The notes under the pieces were generated by a model. It searched no databases. It saw only the letters and a program-made list of their open reading frames with translations, and had not been told where the DNA came from. From contig OX597819.1 of the NCBI GenBank assembly GCA_951406725.2, positions 11,532,001 to 11,596,000 of the forward strand: 64,000 bases of DNA, given 5' to 3'. This document shows positions 14,422-27,660 of this stretch, in pieces. The position numbers and the translations under genes were made by a program. Each line of letters starts with the position of its first letter. Positions within the stretch are counted from its first letter, which is position 1. Source of the stretch: Octopus vulgaris (Eukaryota).

Positions 14422-14564
14422 ATAATCAAGATTAATCAGCCGAAATTACTACGATGATCCGGTTCTTGACTGAAGACTGAGGGTTTCGAATGTCCTGTCC
14501 GTGTTTATTGTATCGTCTTCTAAGAGTTATACGTTCTTGTCCATGTTGTATTTTTCTACATACC

Positions 14565-14568
<4 letters not shown>
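14422..14568 (+). mobile_element. (TA)n-embedded short element, family H2 fragment
   Basis: CCGAAA..TTGACTGAAGA..GAATGTCCTGT block shared with 54370-54720 and 58905-59280. Confidence 0.55.
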
Positions 14569-14620
<52 letters not shown>

Positions 14621-14779
14621 CGTATATATATATGTATGTACGTATGTATGTATGTATGTATGTATGTATATATGAATGTATGTATGTATATATGTATGTA
14701 TGTATGTATATGTATATATATATATTCACACATAAATGTATACATATATGTATGTGTATGTATGTATGTATGTGTGTGT

Positions 14780-14816
<37 letters not shown>

Positions 14817-15369
14817 GTGCGTGTGTGCGTGTGTGTGTGTGTAGATTCCGCAGCTGCACAACCGGAAATAGGGTGGGGCTGGCTACGATATGACTTTTGG
14901 AAGAAATAGGGTTTCACGATAGCGTAGAAAGAGGGAGGGGGCAAATAGGGGCCATAAAAATGTAAGTATTACGGGAAAATATAAGGGGTCAGGAGTCAAG
15001 GATCCTTAAATTATGTAGCTTTAACCGCTCTGCCCCTCCCCCACCCGCTCTCCTCTCCTCTTTCCACACCTCCCACCACTTCTTTTCTTTAAACGGCTTT
15101 CTTTTAAGCGAATGCTCAAACTGTTGCTGCTGCTGTTGTAGTTGTAGTTGTTGTTGTTGTTGTTGTTATTGTTGTCGTTGTTGTTGTTTAGCCCTAGGTT
15201 GACCACTGTCAAGCAGACCGATAATCAAAGTCATTCCCTTATTATCATATTCAGTGTAAAGCAAGCACAATTACGGATTCGTTACATGCCGAACAAAATG
15301 CTTCGCAACATTTATTTCGGCTTGCATTTGAATTCCTTTCATCTTTACGGGTTCGATAAAATAAATGCC

Positions 15370-15478
15370 TAATTCTTTACTACCCACAAGGGGCGGAATT
15401 TGAACTCAGAACGCAACGGCAGACGAAATACGGCTACGCATTTCGCCCGGCGTGCTAACGTTTCTGCCAGCTCGCCGC
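15370..15478 (-). mobile_element. SINE family B, internally deleted
   Basis: Head and tail of family B joined. Confidence 0.75.
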
Positions 15479-16390
15479 TATACCAGTGATGCATTGGGGT
15501 TGATGCTATTCAGTTGGTCCCTCCTCAACAGTTTCAGGCCTTGTGCCTATGCTAGCAAGAACTCCCATGTCCAATGTATTCTCTCCCTGTTATTGATTGC
15601 AATCTTTATTACATTGTTCAATATGTCCGTTATATTATTTTAAGGCGGTAGGGTATGAATCGGCTGCTATTTCTAGCATGTCATTGTTTCGTCTTTTAGA
15701 ATAGGGACAGAGACATCTCGCTCGCAACGAAACTTCTCCCGCATTCAGTTCGGAAATCTACCACAGAAGAAATCTTCTGAAAGTCCCATATAAGAAACAA
15801 TAGTTAAACCTTTCCTTAGATTAAAGCCTCGAATATCAGTTACATATATATATCTCAGCGCAGAAGCGCCCCCCTAAAGCTTCTTATCTAACTGCAGTTT
15901 GCCCCCCTTGCTAAAAAGTCTCATTATTCCTAATCTAGATGATGCGATCAAACCTTCCTCTCTCTCTCTTTCTCTCCGACTTCCATTGTGTGTGTGTGTG
16001 TGTGTGTGTGATAGATGTGCAATTGTGTGTTACTTTTTTTTTTTGAAATGTGTACGCGTTAATCGTGGTGGATGTGAGGTGGGAATTTACACGCATGATT
16101 TTGTGGGGAACTGTGTATGAAAGAGGTGTAGGTGGAGGTGAAAAAGTGGGAGAAAAAAAAGAGAGAGAAAGATATCTGGAGAAAAAGGTGACTGGCGGTG
16201 GGACATTATAGGTCGGTTGTTATAGACTATAAGACAGACAGACAGGCATTCAGAGAGAAATTGACTGATAGAGATAATGTGATAGAGAGAGAGAGGGAAA
16301 GGAAATAAAGGAAGATAGAGACGAAGAAGGGTAGGAAAAGGAGAGAAGAGTCGTGTGAGAACTGGAGACTAAGGGAAATGAGAAGGCACG

Positions 16391-16520
16391 TTGAGCAGAC
16401 GACACACATTATGTGGCCAAATAGAAAGCAGACACAACACACGGCAATAGCAGCAGACGACACACATTATGTGGCCAAATAGAAAGCAGACACAACACAT
16501 GGCATTAGCAGCAGACACAA
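16391..16520. repeat. Local tandem duplication (~58 bp x 2)
   Basis: AGCAGACGACACACATTATGTGGCCAAATAGAAAGCAGACACAACAC repeated. Confidence 0.8.
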
Positions 16521-16660
16521 CAACACAACATGCAAGGGCCATTCAGAAGAGAATCAAAGTACAATATTCTGAGTTCACTGCACTTGTCGTGGCGCTCCAG
16601 CCACTTTGTGAAGACTGTGGAATTCCTCCAAAAATGAAGGTGCCCGGGACCCTTCTCATC

Positions 16661-16892
16661 GAGGCGGCGAGCTGGCAGAAACGTTAGCACGCCGGGTGAG
16701 ATGCGTAGCCGTATTTCGTCTACCGTTACGTTCTGAGTTCAAATTTTGCCGAGGTCGACTTTGCCTTTCATCCTTTCGGGGTCGATAAATAAAGCATCAG
16801 TTTCGCACTGGGGTCGATGTAATCAACCTTAATCCCTTTGTCTGTCCTTGTTTGTCCCCTCTATGTTTAGCCCCTTGTGGGCAATAAAGAAA
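16661..16892 (+). mobile_element. SINE family B
   Basis: Full-length match. Confidence 0.9.
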
Positions 16893-16899
16893 TATATCT

Positions 16900-17136
16900 T
16901 CTAAACAATCGCCCCTGGTGTTCCCCTTCAGTTTGAGGAACAACCAAAAATCACAGACAGTTCTGATGCCCGTCACGATCAAGTGCTTGGTTACCAGGAT
17001 GCTTATCACTGAGCTTCCTCGGAACAACCTTTGCACAAATTTGGCGCATGTTCAGATCTTCATAAATAATTCTGTGCACGGTTGCCACACGAACACCAAA
17101 CAATATACTTATTGTCTTCATGCAGAAAACTTTCAA
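16900..17136 (-). pseudogene. Mariner transposase fragment
   Basis: TVHRIIYEDLNMRQICAKVVPRKLS: HTH region plus WVP-like motif. Confidence 0.7.
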
Positions 17137-17479
17137 ATTTTCACAACCAAACCTGATGTTCTAACCCCATCTCCCTCCCACTGCTTTCATCATCTCTCAT
17201 CTCTTCTGTACCGTCCTTGAAATTCTTGTGCCAACGAAAAAGTTAATCCAGAAGTAATCTGGGGACATTTCATAAGTTTTCTTCAGCCCTTTTGTTCAAT
17301 TTAACACAAAACGTTATTGTACAGCGAATTTCGAAATTGTCTTCACGTTCAGCCAGCATTGGATTAGCAGCTTTGATTAGCAGAGTGGGATCAAAGTGGT
17401 GTTACAGCCGCCTCTTACAATCTGGAATAACAAAAGGTGGCAGGTTAGCTTATTAGGTGTATAGCAATGATATATCAAA

Positions 17480-17867
17480 ATTCTTTTCTACTCCAGGCAC
17501 AAAGCCCGAAATTTTAGGGAAGGGGGCCAGTCGGTTAAATCCTTGGTACTTAATTTATCGACCTTGAAAGGATGAAAGGCAAATTCGACCTCGTTAAAAT
17601 TTGAACTCAGAACATAAAGACAGGCGAAATACCTATTTCTTTACTACCCACAAGGGGCTAAACACAGAGAAGACAAACAAGGACAGACAAACGAATTGAG
17701 TCGATTACATCGACCCCAGTGCGTAACTGGTACATAATTTATCGACCCCGAAAGGATGAAAGGCAAAGTCGACCTCGGCGGAATTTTAACTCAGAACGTA
17801 ACGGCAGACGAAATACGGCTACGCATTTCGCCCGGCGTGCTAACGTTTCTGCCAGCTCGCCGCCTTA
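17480..17867 (-). mobile_element. SINE family B (two tandem or nested copies)
   Basis: Family B core present twice. Confidence 0.85.
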
Positions 17868-17999
17868 ATGATATATTAATATTACAATATTCCAGGAGAG
17901 TTATAACTGCTCCGACTAAAAAGTCTCAAAATTTCTGGAATGTCCTCATAATGATATTTGTTTTGTCTAATATGTCATAATTGTAATTTTTATTTCATA

Positions 18000-18501
18000 T
18001 CTATATATATAAAACTGTAGTTGTGTGAGTGTCTGTCCCCTTCGATTTAGATTCCTAACTACTCCCACATTTTGCGGTGCAGTTTAACCAAATTCGGGTA
18101 TCTTATAGTCGTGATTCATATCGAGCCCGTCTGAGTATTAGCGCGCGTCTACGATTTTAAAAATAATTTAACATCATTTTTTATTCCATTTTAATGCATA
18201 ATTTTTCGTGTGTCGATATCGGCGGAGTTGGCGTCCATGGTCACACCTGCACCTGTTTGCTTCTCCCCCTTCTTCCCTCCCTCGTGAAGCTGTGGGGAAG
18301 GGAGTGTAAGGAAATCAACGTCGTAAAGCGTTGTCAAGGAGACCAGCGTTCTTTTAGAACAACGACTTCATGGCTTGAAGACACCAAAACAGAAATGGCT
18401 AAGAAAGCCCAAATTGGCATCTATAAGGGAAGTAACTCTCTAAAAATGCTTATATAGTTATTTCCCTTACAAACCCGAGCAACACCGGGCGATACTGCTA
18501 G
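18000..18501 (+). mobile_element. Non-autonomous Helitron
   Basis: A|TCTATATATATAAAA 5' end; CCCGAGCAACACCGGG hairpin; CTAG|T 3' end. Confidence 0.85.
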
Positions 18502-18596
18502 TCATTTATATAACAATCATATTTAAGAAATATATTGAGCATCATTTAGAATTAATATCGTTCGCTAACCTTTCTTAATCGTTTGATATTTTTTGT

Positions 18597-18790
18597 TATT
18601 CGCTTCAGTCATTTGACTGCGGCCACGCTGGAGCACCGCATTTAGTCGAACAAATCGACCTCGGGGCTTATTCTTTGTAAGCCTAGTATTTATTCTATAG
18701 GTCTCTTTTGCCGATCCGCTAAGTTACGGGGACGTAAACACACTAGCATCGGTTGTCAAGCAATGTTGGGGAAGAGGGTAAACACTGACA
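18597..18790 (-). mobile_element. SINE family A, 3' half
   Basis: Reverse complement of the family A tail. Confidence 0.8.
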
Positions 18791-18822
18791 CATAAGCATA
18801 TATATACATATTTATATATATA

Positions 18823-18889
<67 letters not shown>

Positions 18890-18890
<1 letters not shown>

Positions 18891-19516
18891 CTGCTTAGCC
18901 TTCCTCGGATGTGGTACATTTGATTCCATCTTGGCTTTGAATAGTGTAATCAAGTGTAATCAGGTGTGTCTAGCTAGGTGTGTCAACTTCAGGTTTTTTT
19001 GTTTTTAGAGGTTCACAAAAGAATGTGGGTAGGTGGGAAGGTTTGTTGATCAGTAGATGTGCAACTAGGTTTAGTTTGGACAATAATGAGAGATTTCACC
19101 TGTTTGTTTTTGATGGGATGGAGGTTATAGATGAGATGACAGGGGCAAGTGCATATTCCGCTTAAAAAAAGCTACAACTCACAAAAAAAATTTAGGAAAG
19201 GACTACATCGCTTCTATTAAAAACTGAAGGTAACACACCTAAATAGATATGCCTCATTACAAAGTTCCACATGCATGACTGAATTTTGAACAATAACATA
19301 ACTCCAACTTTAAGCAATAAAAGTCTTCCATAATATCTTTCCATAAGAACTTACCCTAAAACTTAATTAGTATTAACAAAGCGCCACTTAGCCCAGAAAA
19401 ATTGAACTTATCAGAAACTATACAATGCCAAGATGAACTCAAACGCACTACACTCCGATAAGTGCCAAGAAAGCCAAAACTTCGAAATCAAGGTCAACAC
19501 TATTCTTATCAAAAGA

Positions 19517-19520
<4 letters not shown>
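18890..19520. pseudogene. Decayed Penelope-like element remnants in inverted arrangement
   Basis: Minus strand reads SKTNR*NLSLLSKLNL...INKPS, like the PLE C-terminal RCNLCLxEK...LNKRS motif; both ends share GCCAAGATG.A.TCAAA..CCGA.(G/A)A.GGC, a decayed HHR-like block, in opposite orientation. Confidence 0.4.
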
Positions 19521-19576
<56 letters not shown>

Positions 19577-19827
19577 GCATACATATATATATACATATGT
19601 ATATACATACATATACATATATACATATATACATATATACATATTTACATATATATACATATATATATATATGTATGTATGTATGTATGTATGCATGCAT
19701 GCATGCATGTATGTATGTATGCATGTATGTATGTATGTATAGAGTGTTAGGTGTGATGTGCAGAAATTGAATATTGAGAATTAAATGCCGTCCGAATTTT
19801 GGAAAGAAATATTTTTATTTCTTTATT

Positions 19828-19866
19828 ATTAATAGCGCTTTCGTTCGTTTCTCGAACTCGTCAAAT
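19828..19866 (-). ncRNA. Minimal type-I hammerhead motif with truncated stem I
   Basis: TTGACGA-GTTCG agaaa CGAAC-GAAA-GCGC-TA; stem III palindrome AGCGCT. Confidence 0.65.
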
Positions 19867-19957
19867 ATATATAAACATATATGCATTCGGTGCGAATGGT
19901 TTTTATACGGCGCCGTTTTTACAATCCTGTAAATAATAATAATGATATTTTCATATA

Positions 19958-20152
19958 AGCTTAAAGCTTATGGCGATCACCGTGCAATGACTAAGGAAAA
20001 TAATCTAATAATGGGGCATACAAGCCCTCGACAAAAAAAGTAGGTTTTCCCATCCGCGTGGGAAAGCCTACTTTTATCTGGCGCGGGCTTATATGCTCCA
20101 TTATTAGATTATTTTCCTTAGTCATTGGACGGTGATCGCCATACACATTAAG

Positions 20153-20154
<2 letters not shown>
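19958..20154. repeat. Imperfect ~200-bp palindrome abutting (TA)n
   Basis: TATGGCGATCACCGT.CAATGACTAAGGAAAATAATCTAATAATGG and its reverse complement, centred on TCCGCG. Confidence 0.9.
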
Positions 20155-20410
<256 letters not shown>

Positions 20411-20420
20411 TGTATGTATG

Positions 20421-20498
<78 letters not shown>

Positions 20499-20508
20499 TG
20501 TATGTATG

Positions 20509-20553
<45 letters not shown>

Positions 20554-21125
20554 AGCATAAATCTTTAGGGCGACAATATGGTTGGTTAGTGACATCTTTA
20601 ACCAACCCGCTATGAACTATTTTCGAGATTTTTCCCATCCACCATATTTTGACCTATCACTGACTATTAGGCCAACGCAGTCATTGTTCAGATTTAATAT
20701 TAAATTAAACATCTATTTCCTTTGTTTAAAGAGATTGTTGGCTATAATCATTGCATACGTGGATGACTATCAAAAGACAACAATTGTTTTTCAACGCTAA
20801 ATTTCAAAATTAGCCTAAAGCAACAATAGGTCGAATATAGACTTCATGTCGAACAATAACAAAGAGCGAAAAAATTGGTGACTGAGATCTGCGTCGTCGC
20901 AAGAAACGTGATGTTGGCTGAGTTTTGATTCAAGAATATTTGGTAGGGAAAAGCGGGATCTGATACGTCAGGATTGTGAGCACGTATGTATACTATGTAT
21001 ATTATACACACACACACACACACACACGCACACATACCCACACTTAGACACGCTCTTACGTACATACATACATACATACATACATACATACATACATACA
21101 TACGTTCGTACATTTATGCATACAT

Positions 21126-21277
21126 GTGGTAAGTACCTTACTTACCAACGACACGGTTCCGGGTTCAGTCCCACTGCGTGGCACCTTGGGCAAGTGTCTG
21201 CTATTCTAGCCTCGGGTCGACCAAAGCCTTGTGACTGGATTTGGTAGACGCAGACTAAAAGAAACTCGCCGTATATA

Positions 21278-21315
<38 letters not shown>

Positions 21316-21556
21316 TGTGTGTGTGTCTGTGTGTGTGTCTCTGTGTGTGTGTCTGTGTGTGTATATACCATCGCTTGACAACCGATGCTGGTGTGTTTAC
21401 GTCCCGGTAACTTAGCGGTTCGGCAAAAGAATGGATATAATAAGTACAAGATTTGCAAAGAATAAGTCCTGGGGTTGATTTCTTCTATTAGAATCCTTTA
21501 AGGCGGTGCTCCAGCATGGCCGCAGCCAAATGGCCGAAACAAGTAAAAGAATAAAG
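21126..21556 (+). mobile_element. SINE family A
   Basis: Match to family A. Confidence 0.85.
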
Positions 21557-21804
21557 GGATATGTTTCTCAAACAAATTCGTGTCAAGTTGCGCAATAATC
21601 TCCGCTCTTCATTAATTGACAAGCCTCCTACACAAGCAGACGATTTACTTTCAATATTGACTCTGACATTCTTTTATTCTGGTTTTCTACATTCATATCT
21701 TCTTTTGTTCTCTACAATCAGAAGACAAAGTTAGTATATATGCACTCAGTAAGCTATAGTAGCAGCTCTAAGTAAGAGGAATATGAGGTAATATAAAAGT
21801 CGTT

Positions 21805-21955
21805 GCTCACTGATATGAGCCGCCGCTCACCGATATGAGTCACCGCTCATTGATATGAGCCGCCGCACACTGATATGAGCCGCCGCTCACTGATATGAGC
21901 CGCCGCTCAATGATATGAGCCACCAGTCACTAATATGAGCCACCGCACACTGATG
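21805..21955. repeat. 20-bp minisatellite x ~7
   Basis: Unit GCTCACTGATATGAGCCGCC. Confidence 0.9.
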
Positions 21956-23074
21956 CCAACCAATGTCTCAGTCAGTTTAGACAGCAAAATTTCCTGTTAA
22001 AATGTTGATGGCATGATGGTAACATTCACCCTTGGGATAGCTCTCCAGACGAAGGCTTAGATCTCTCTCATCAATCTTGTTAACAGAAACTTCCTCAAGT
22101 AGCGCCATAGCGCCATTGAACATAGTGGTGGGTGGCAAAAGTTGGATCAATGTTTCGATCGATTAATCGAATTGCTGGCATCAAGCTGTCTCAAATAGAG
22201 TCACGTGACTCTATGTGCTACAAGAGATTTCGTACTTTTCCGACCGCTACGTGAATGTCCCGTCAGGCACGGTTCCTCTCTTGGCATTAATGTTTTTGAC
22301 TTTGTTTAGGTCACAATTTTCATGTCGATCCTCGGCCGGGATGAACAGCACGGTTCCTGGTTCGGTCGCAAGGGAGATTTTGTCAGATTCCAATCCCACA
22401 AGTTCCCAGTTTCCAGCGAACATTGTCCGGTCCGACTGACGGGTAGAATTCTGACTAGAAGCTTCCTGTACATTGAGTCCCGCTTCTGTTACCAAACTCT
22501 CTATAACAGAAGGACTTTAGGTGTCTAAGATCCAACTTACCGAGGGTACCTGCGCAATGAAGCATTATAACGACGTCGGTGGGGAGTTGACATTTCCTAG
22601 TATCGCTGTCTCTGAAGGATCCAAGGAGACAAATCCAGTGGAGAAGGAAAACCTACAGAAATAGCACATTCATACAAATGCTAGAAGCTGCTGAAAATTT
22701 ACTCCGTCGGAAAAAATGACATTCATAATTGATTTTGTATCGTATTTTCAGTGTGCACTCCGCAATCCTTTGTCGTTTAGGACGCATTAAACGAGGCGGC
22801 AGGGCAGTGTTTCATAACCTTCAGAGTAGATACACCAAGGGGCTGGGGAGTCAGAATAATGTATCCGTGGGACTTTTGTCATGAGCGCGGGGTACCCAGC
22901 GGACAAGGTAAAACCTGACTGAAGTGTTACCAATGGAGAAGGTGTATGCTAATACGAAAAATTTACAGAGGGGGCGCACTTTTTCTGTTTACTCTATGGA
23001 GTACCCTGCTATAAGCATACTTACGGTAACTCTATGTATACACACACACACATACACACACACACAAAGATATA

Positions 23075-23571
23075 TAGTATTCCCTCGCCATATCGCGGGT
23101 CACCTGTCGCGGTTTATTGACTGCGGCCATGCTGGAGCACCGCCTTTAGTCGAACAAATCGACCCCAGGAATTATTCTTTGTAAGCCTAATACTTATTCT
23201 ATAGGCCGCTTATGCCGAACCGCGACGTTACGGGGACGTAAATTCACCAGCATCGGTTGTCAAGCGATGTTGGGGGGACAAGCAGAGACACACATACATA
23301 CATACATATATGTACAACGGGCTTCTTTCAGTTTCCGTCTACCAAATCCACTCACAAGAATTTGGTCGGCCCGAGGCTACATTAGAAAACACTTGCCCAA
23401 GGTACCACGCGGTGGGACTGAACCCGGAAGCATGTGGTTGGTAAGCAAGCTACTTACCACACAACTACTCCTGCGCCTATATACAAATTATAAAAATAAT
23501 AAAACAAAATATACAGTACTAATCGCGGGGAGTTTTGGAACGTAACACCCGCTATATGCGAGGGATTACTG
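23075..23571. mobile_element. Tigger/pogo-like MITE interrupted by a SINE
   Basis: TA|(c/t)AGTATTCCCTCG ... CGAGGGATTACTG|TA. Confidence 0.75.
23116..23477 (-). mobile_element. SINE family A nested in the MITE
   Basis: Reverse-complement match. Confidence 0.85.
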
Positions 23572-23591
23572 TAAATAAACCGAGGCTCTAT

Positions 23592-23669
<78 letters not shown>

Positions 23670-23977
23670 TATGTGTGCGTGTGCGTGAGTGTGTATGTGT
23701 GTAAACTTATGCAGTGGGAATGCAAACGTGACAAATTTTAACTGTTTTTTCCGTAGATTAACTATAAACATGAATATAAACAGCTGTAACCCTTTTCGAA
23801 CCACATGTGGGTTCTCATCAAATGTGATTACATCAGCTGACCTGTCCCAGAGAAATAAGCACCCAATTTGTTTATTTACTTAACAAATCCAGTGACTATA
23901 GGGAACTGGTGCTACCTATTTACATACCGTTGGTATTAAGCACTTTATTTCATATCAGCATATGTGTGTGCGTGCAT

Positions 23978-24367
23978 GAGTGGCTGTGTGGTAAGTAGCT
24001 TGTTTACCAGCCACATGGTTCCGGGTTCAGTCCCACTGCGTGGCACCTTGGGCAAGTGTCTTCTACTATAGCCTCGGGGCGACCAAAGCCTTGTGAGTGG
24101 ATTTGGTAGACGGAAACTGAAAGAAGCCCGTCGTATATATGTATATATATGTAGATATGTGTGTGCGTGTATGTTTGTGTTTGTCCCCCTAGCATTGCTT
24201 GACAACCGATGCTGGTGTGTTTATGTCCCCGTTACTTAGCGGTTCGGCAAAAATGACCGATACAATAAGTACTGGGCTTGCAAAGAATAAGTCCCGGGGT
24301 CGAGTTGCTCGATTAAAGGCGGTGCTCCAGCATGGCCGCAGTCAAATGACTGAAACAAGTAAAAGAG
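23978..24367 (+). mobile_element. SINE family A
   Basis: Match to family A. Confidence 0.9.
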
Positions 24368-24940
24368 ATGTGTGTGTGAGTGTGTGTGCGCGTGTGTGTG
24401 TGTGTAGGTGTGTGTATACATACATAAGTACATACATACGTACATACATACATATATACCCTTGCACACACACACACACATACCCACACGCAAGCGCGCT
24501 CGCAGACACATGCACATACACAAACCAACGTCAATGTCCGTTATATGACGTCACCGACCTCCTGTCGCTGTGGTTGTTATTGTTATTGTTAGTGTTCTTG
24601 CTGTTGTTGTTGATGCTGTTGGTGCTCCTGTTGATGCACTTGTTGCTGTTGTTGTTGTTGTTGTTGCTACTGCTGACGCTGCTGCTGTCTTCACTTTACT
24701 GACTGACAACTGCGCAATACATGTTCACGCCGGTCACCACTCTATCAGTCAACGGTAGACTGAGAGATCAAATCCTGCTAAAAATACGGTCCATTTATCC
24801 ATTCCGTCGCCCTCTAAATTAGTACGCATTGCATGTAAACTCTTTCTAGCTGTCAATAGGTACCATGAGGAAGTACATTCAGCCAAACAATAAACAGTAA
24901 TGTCTAAAAGCAAAATCAATCTAATCGTAATTATATTCAA

Positions 24941-25335
24941 CTAGCAGTATCGCCCGGCGTTGCTCGGGTTTGTAAGAGAAATAACTATATAAGCATTTTT
25001 AGAGATGTAAAGTATAATAGCCATCTCAATATGGCTAACCACAAAAGGGGGTGTTACTGTAGCCTTTTACGTTCTGAGATTTAATAATAAATTTTTAGAG
25101 AGTTACTTCCCTTATATATGCCAAAAATGCATTAAAAATGGGGAAAATTGATGGTAAATTTTATTTTTAATCGTAGACTCATCGTAGACGCGCACTAATA
25201 CCCAGAAGGGCTCGATATGCATCAGGACTATAAGATACCCGGTTTTGGTTAAACTGCACCGCAAAATGTGGGAGTAGTTAGGAATCTAAATCGTAGGAGA
25301 CAGACAGCACACAATTTGACTTTTATATATAAAGA
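24941..25335 (-). mobile_element. Non-autonomous Helitron
   Basis: A|CTAGCAGTATCGCCCGGCGTTGCTCGGG at the left end; homologous to 18000-18501. Confidence 0.85.
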
Positions 25336-25549
25336 TATCGAATAATCCAGCGCAGTTTCCGATGGAGAACTTTGTAAGACGCCATGTTTCCCACATGTAG
25401 AACGAAACCGTTTTGACGTCGATATTAGAGATCTTGAGTTTTGTCTTTGTTGGCAACGCTTGTGATCTCCAAATGGGTTTCAAAGCAGCTTTTAACTTGC
25501 CTATTCCTTGTTTTTATGTCCTGGTATGTTATGCCTCCATCCCAACCAA

Positions 25550-25773
25550 TTATTCTTTTCTACTCTAGGCACAAGGCTCGAAATTTTGGGACGAGGGGGG
25601 GGCAGTCGATTAGATCGACCCCAGTACGCAACTGGTATTTAATTTATCGACCTCGAAAGGATGAAAGGCGAAGTCAACCTCGGCGGAATTTGAACTCAGA
25701 ACATAAAGACAGACGAAATACCTGCTAAACATTTCGCCCGGATGTCCGAACGTTTATACCTGTTCACCGCCTT
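25550..25773 (-). mobile_element. SINE family B
   Basis: Match to family B. Confidence 0.8.
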
Positions 25774-25984
25774 ACCCCAAGCAATTATTAACGATGCTTC
25801 CGAAGTATGTGACATCGTTGGCCACATGCGCCCTCATGCCTTTTCTCTTCTCGATGTTGATCTTGAGGTCAATATCCATGAACGTTAAGCTCATTAAGGT
25901 GACCCTCCTCCGCCATATCAATGTGATGTTAAGAGTGAGAGAAGGACAATGTTATCAGTGAAGCTGATATCTTCTGTGTCACCT

Positions 25985-26265
25985 GATATCACCTGTGTCA
26001 TCTCTTGTGAAAGGTAGGAGAGTCCAGTTTGCTGGACATTGTTGTAGAGCTGAAAAAGAGGTAATTTCTACTCTTCTCTTCTGGAAGCCATCTACTCGCA
26101 ATACCAGAGGGCGCACACTCTCCTACCCTGATGTAATCTCCAGGGATACAGGCATCCAGCAACAGGACCTCCGTAATGCCATGATGGACCGTGAAGTCTG
26201 GCGTAGCATGGTAAATTCCATTGTCTCGACCACGGTCGAACAATGATGATGATGATGATGATGAT
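25985..26265 (+). mobile_element. 5'-truncated RTE-clade LINE 3' end with (GAT)n tail
   Basis: RRVQFAGHCCR...RGR...AMMDREVWR followed by (TGA)n. Confidence 0.8.
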
Positions 26266-26529
26266 ATCTTCTAGGGACCTTTGTATTTCTCTGGATTGTA
26301 TTTTAGTTGTTTCTTTTATCACCCAATTAATTGCAATTAGGAAAAGAAAGGAAAATTGCAAATACATTCGTCGCACTCTTTTCAAGACAGTGAATGGTCG
26401 CGTCAAAGTTGCTTCATGTATAACTTGACATGTTGATCGTTCATAAGAAGCTCTGACCAAAGTAACGATCTTCTCAGGCAGACCAAAATGTCGAAGCAAT
26501 TCCCACAGTGTCACCTTCTCCTCACTGTC

Positions 26530-26765
26530 AAATACCTATTTCTTTATTACCCACAAGGGGCTAAACACAGAGGGGACAAACAAGGACAGACATAGGTATT
26601 AAGTCGATTACACCGACCCCAGTGCGTAACTGGTACTTAATTTATCGACCCCGAAAGGATGAAAGGCAAAGTCGACCTCGGCGGAATTTGAACTCACAAC
26701 GTAACGCAGACGAAATACCGCTAAGCATTTCGCCCGGCGTGCTAACGTTTCTGCCAGCTCGCCAC
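26530..26765 (-). mobile_element. SINE family B
   Basis: Full-length match. Confidence 0.9.
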
Positions 26766-27039
26766 CTTCTCATAAATCGTTAAATGGCAAGTATAAAGAG
26801 GTGTTCCACTCTGGCAGCTGTTCGATGATTATTCGAAATGTAGCTGCCTGACCAGAGAATGACCTCCGCTGTTGGAGGTCAGTTTGTCCATCTCTTTAAA
26901 GTTTGTCCACCTCGTTTTCATCCTTTCAAGAAATACCTGGAAGCTTCGAACGACGAATCTACATCTGCTTACAATGCTTTAGCTTTGATTCTGTCTGGAT
27001 CTGGTCTCCTTCTGTGTTGGAGTCTCTGTGCTAATATCC

Positions 27040-27660
27040 AACAGAGTTTCTGTTGGAGGTGCAGATATGGACTCAGACCATCACCTGGCAAAATTCTCGT
27101 ATAACCTCTACCTTGATAAATGATGGTCACACCAAAGCTAGATATACAGTTGATGTCACCAATAGATTCCAGGTCCTCGTCAGTCTCCTTGAAGAAGATG
27201 CACCGATGGAGCAGACGAAGTTGAAAATGAAAGCAGCATGGAAGGATAGCTGTGAAGAGATTTTTGAGTAAGAGAACCAAACAACGCAAAGATTAGATCT
27301 CAACAGGGTCTTTACAGATGGTATCTCTCCACAAAAATAAGAAAGCCGAACTCAAGAACTGAAAAAAGACAGGTATAAGCAAAGCAGAGAATCAGAAATG
27401 TAGGCCAAAATCAACTAAGGCGGGAGACGAGGTGCAAAGTGGGACAAGAGAAACTAGAGGGATTCGTCCAAGAAGTGGGAGAAGCGACAGCGCAGAGAAA
27501 ATCTGAAAGAACTCTGTAAAATCACCAAGTGACTTTCAGAAAATCAGCGAATCGCTTTCCATGAGGGGGCACACCCTTAGAAACAAGCAGAAACAGTTGA
27601 AGAAATGAGGGGGTCACTTCGAAGAACTTCTAAGTCGTCCTGCTCCAGTCATTCATCCAA
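27040..27660 (+). pseudogene. RTE LINE endonuclease end and linker (inverted 5' segment)
   Basis: GADMDSDHHL, VTNRFQVL and HFEELLSRP motifs. Confidence 0.7.

Larger units (their letters stand above)
25345..27020 (-). pseudogene. Decayed RTE LINE reverse-transcriptase region, interrupted by younger insertions
   Basis: PDPDRIKAKAL (GPDxIxAE motif), LWELLRHFGLPEKIVTLVR, KPIWRSQALPTKTKLKI..WETWRLTK. Confidence 0.75.

Noticed and set aside
21805-21955. CRISPR-like array
   Set aside because: Head-to-tail 20-bp units without unique spacers; eukaryotic context and no cas genes.
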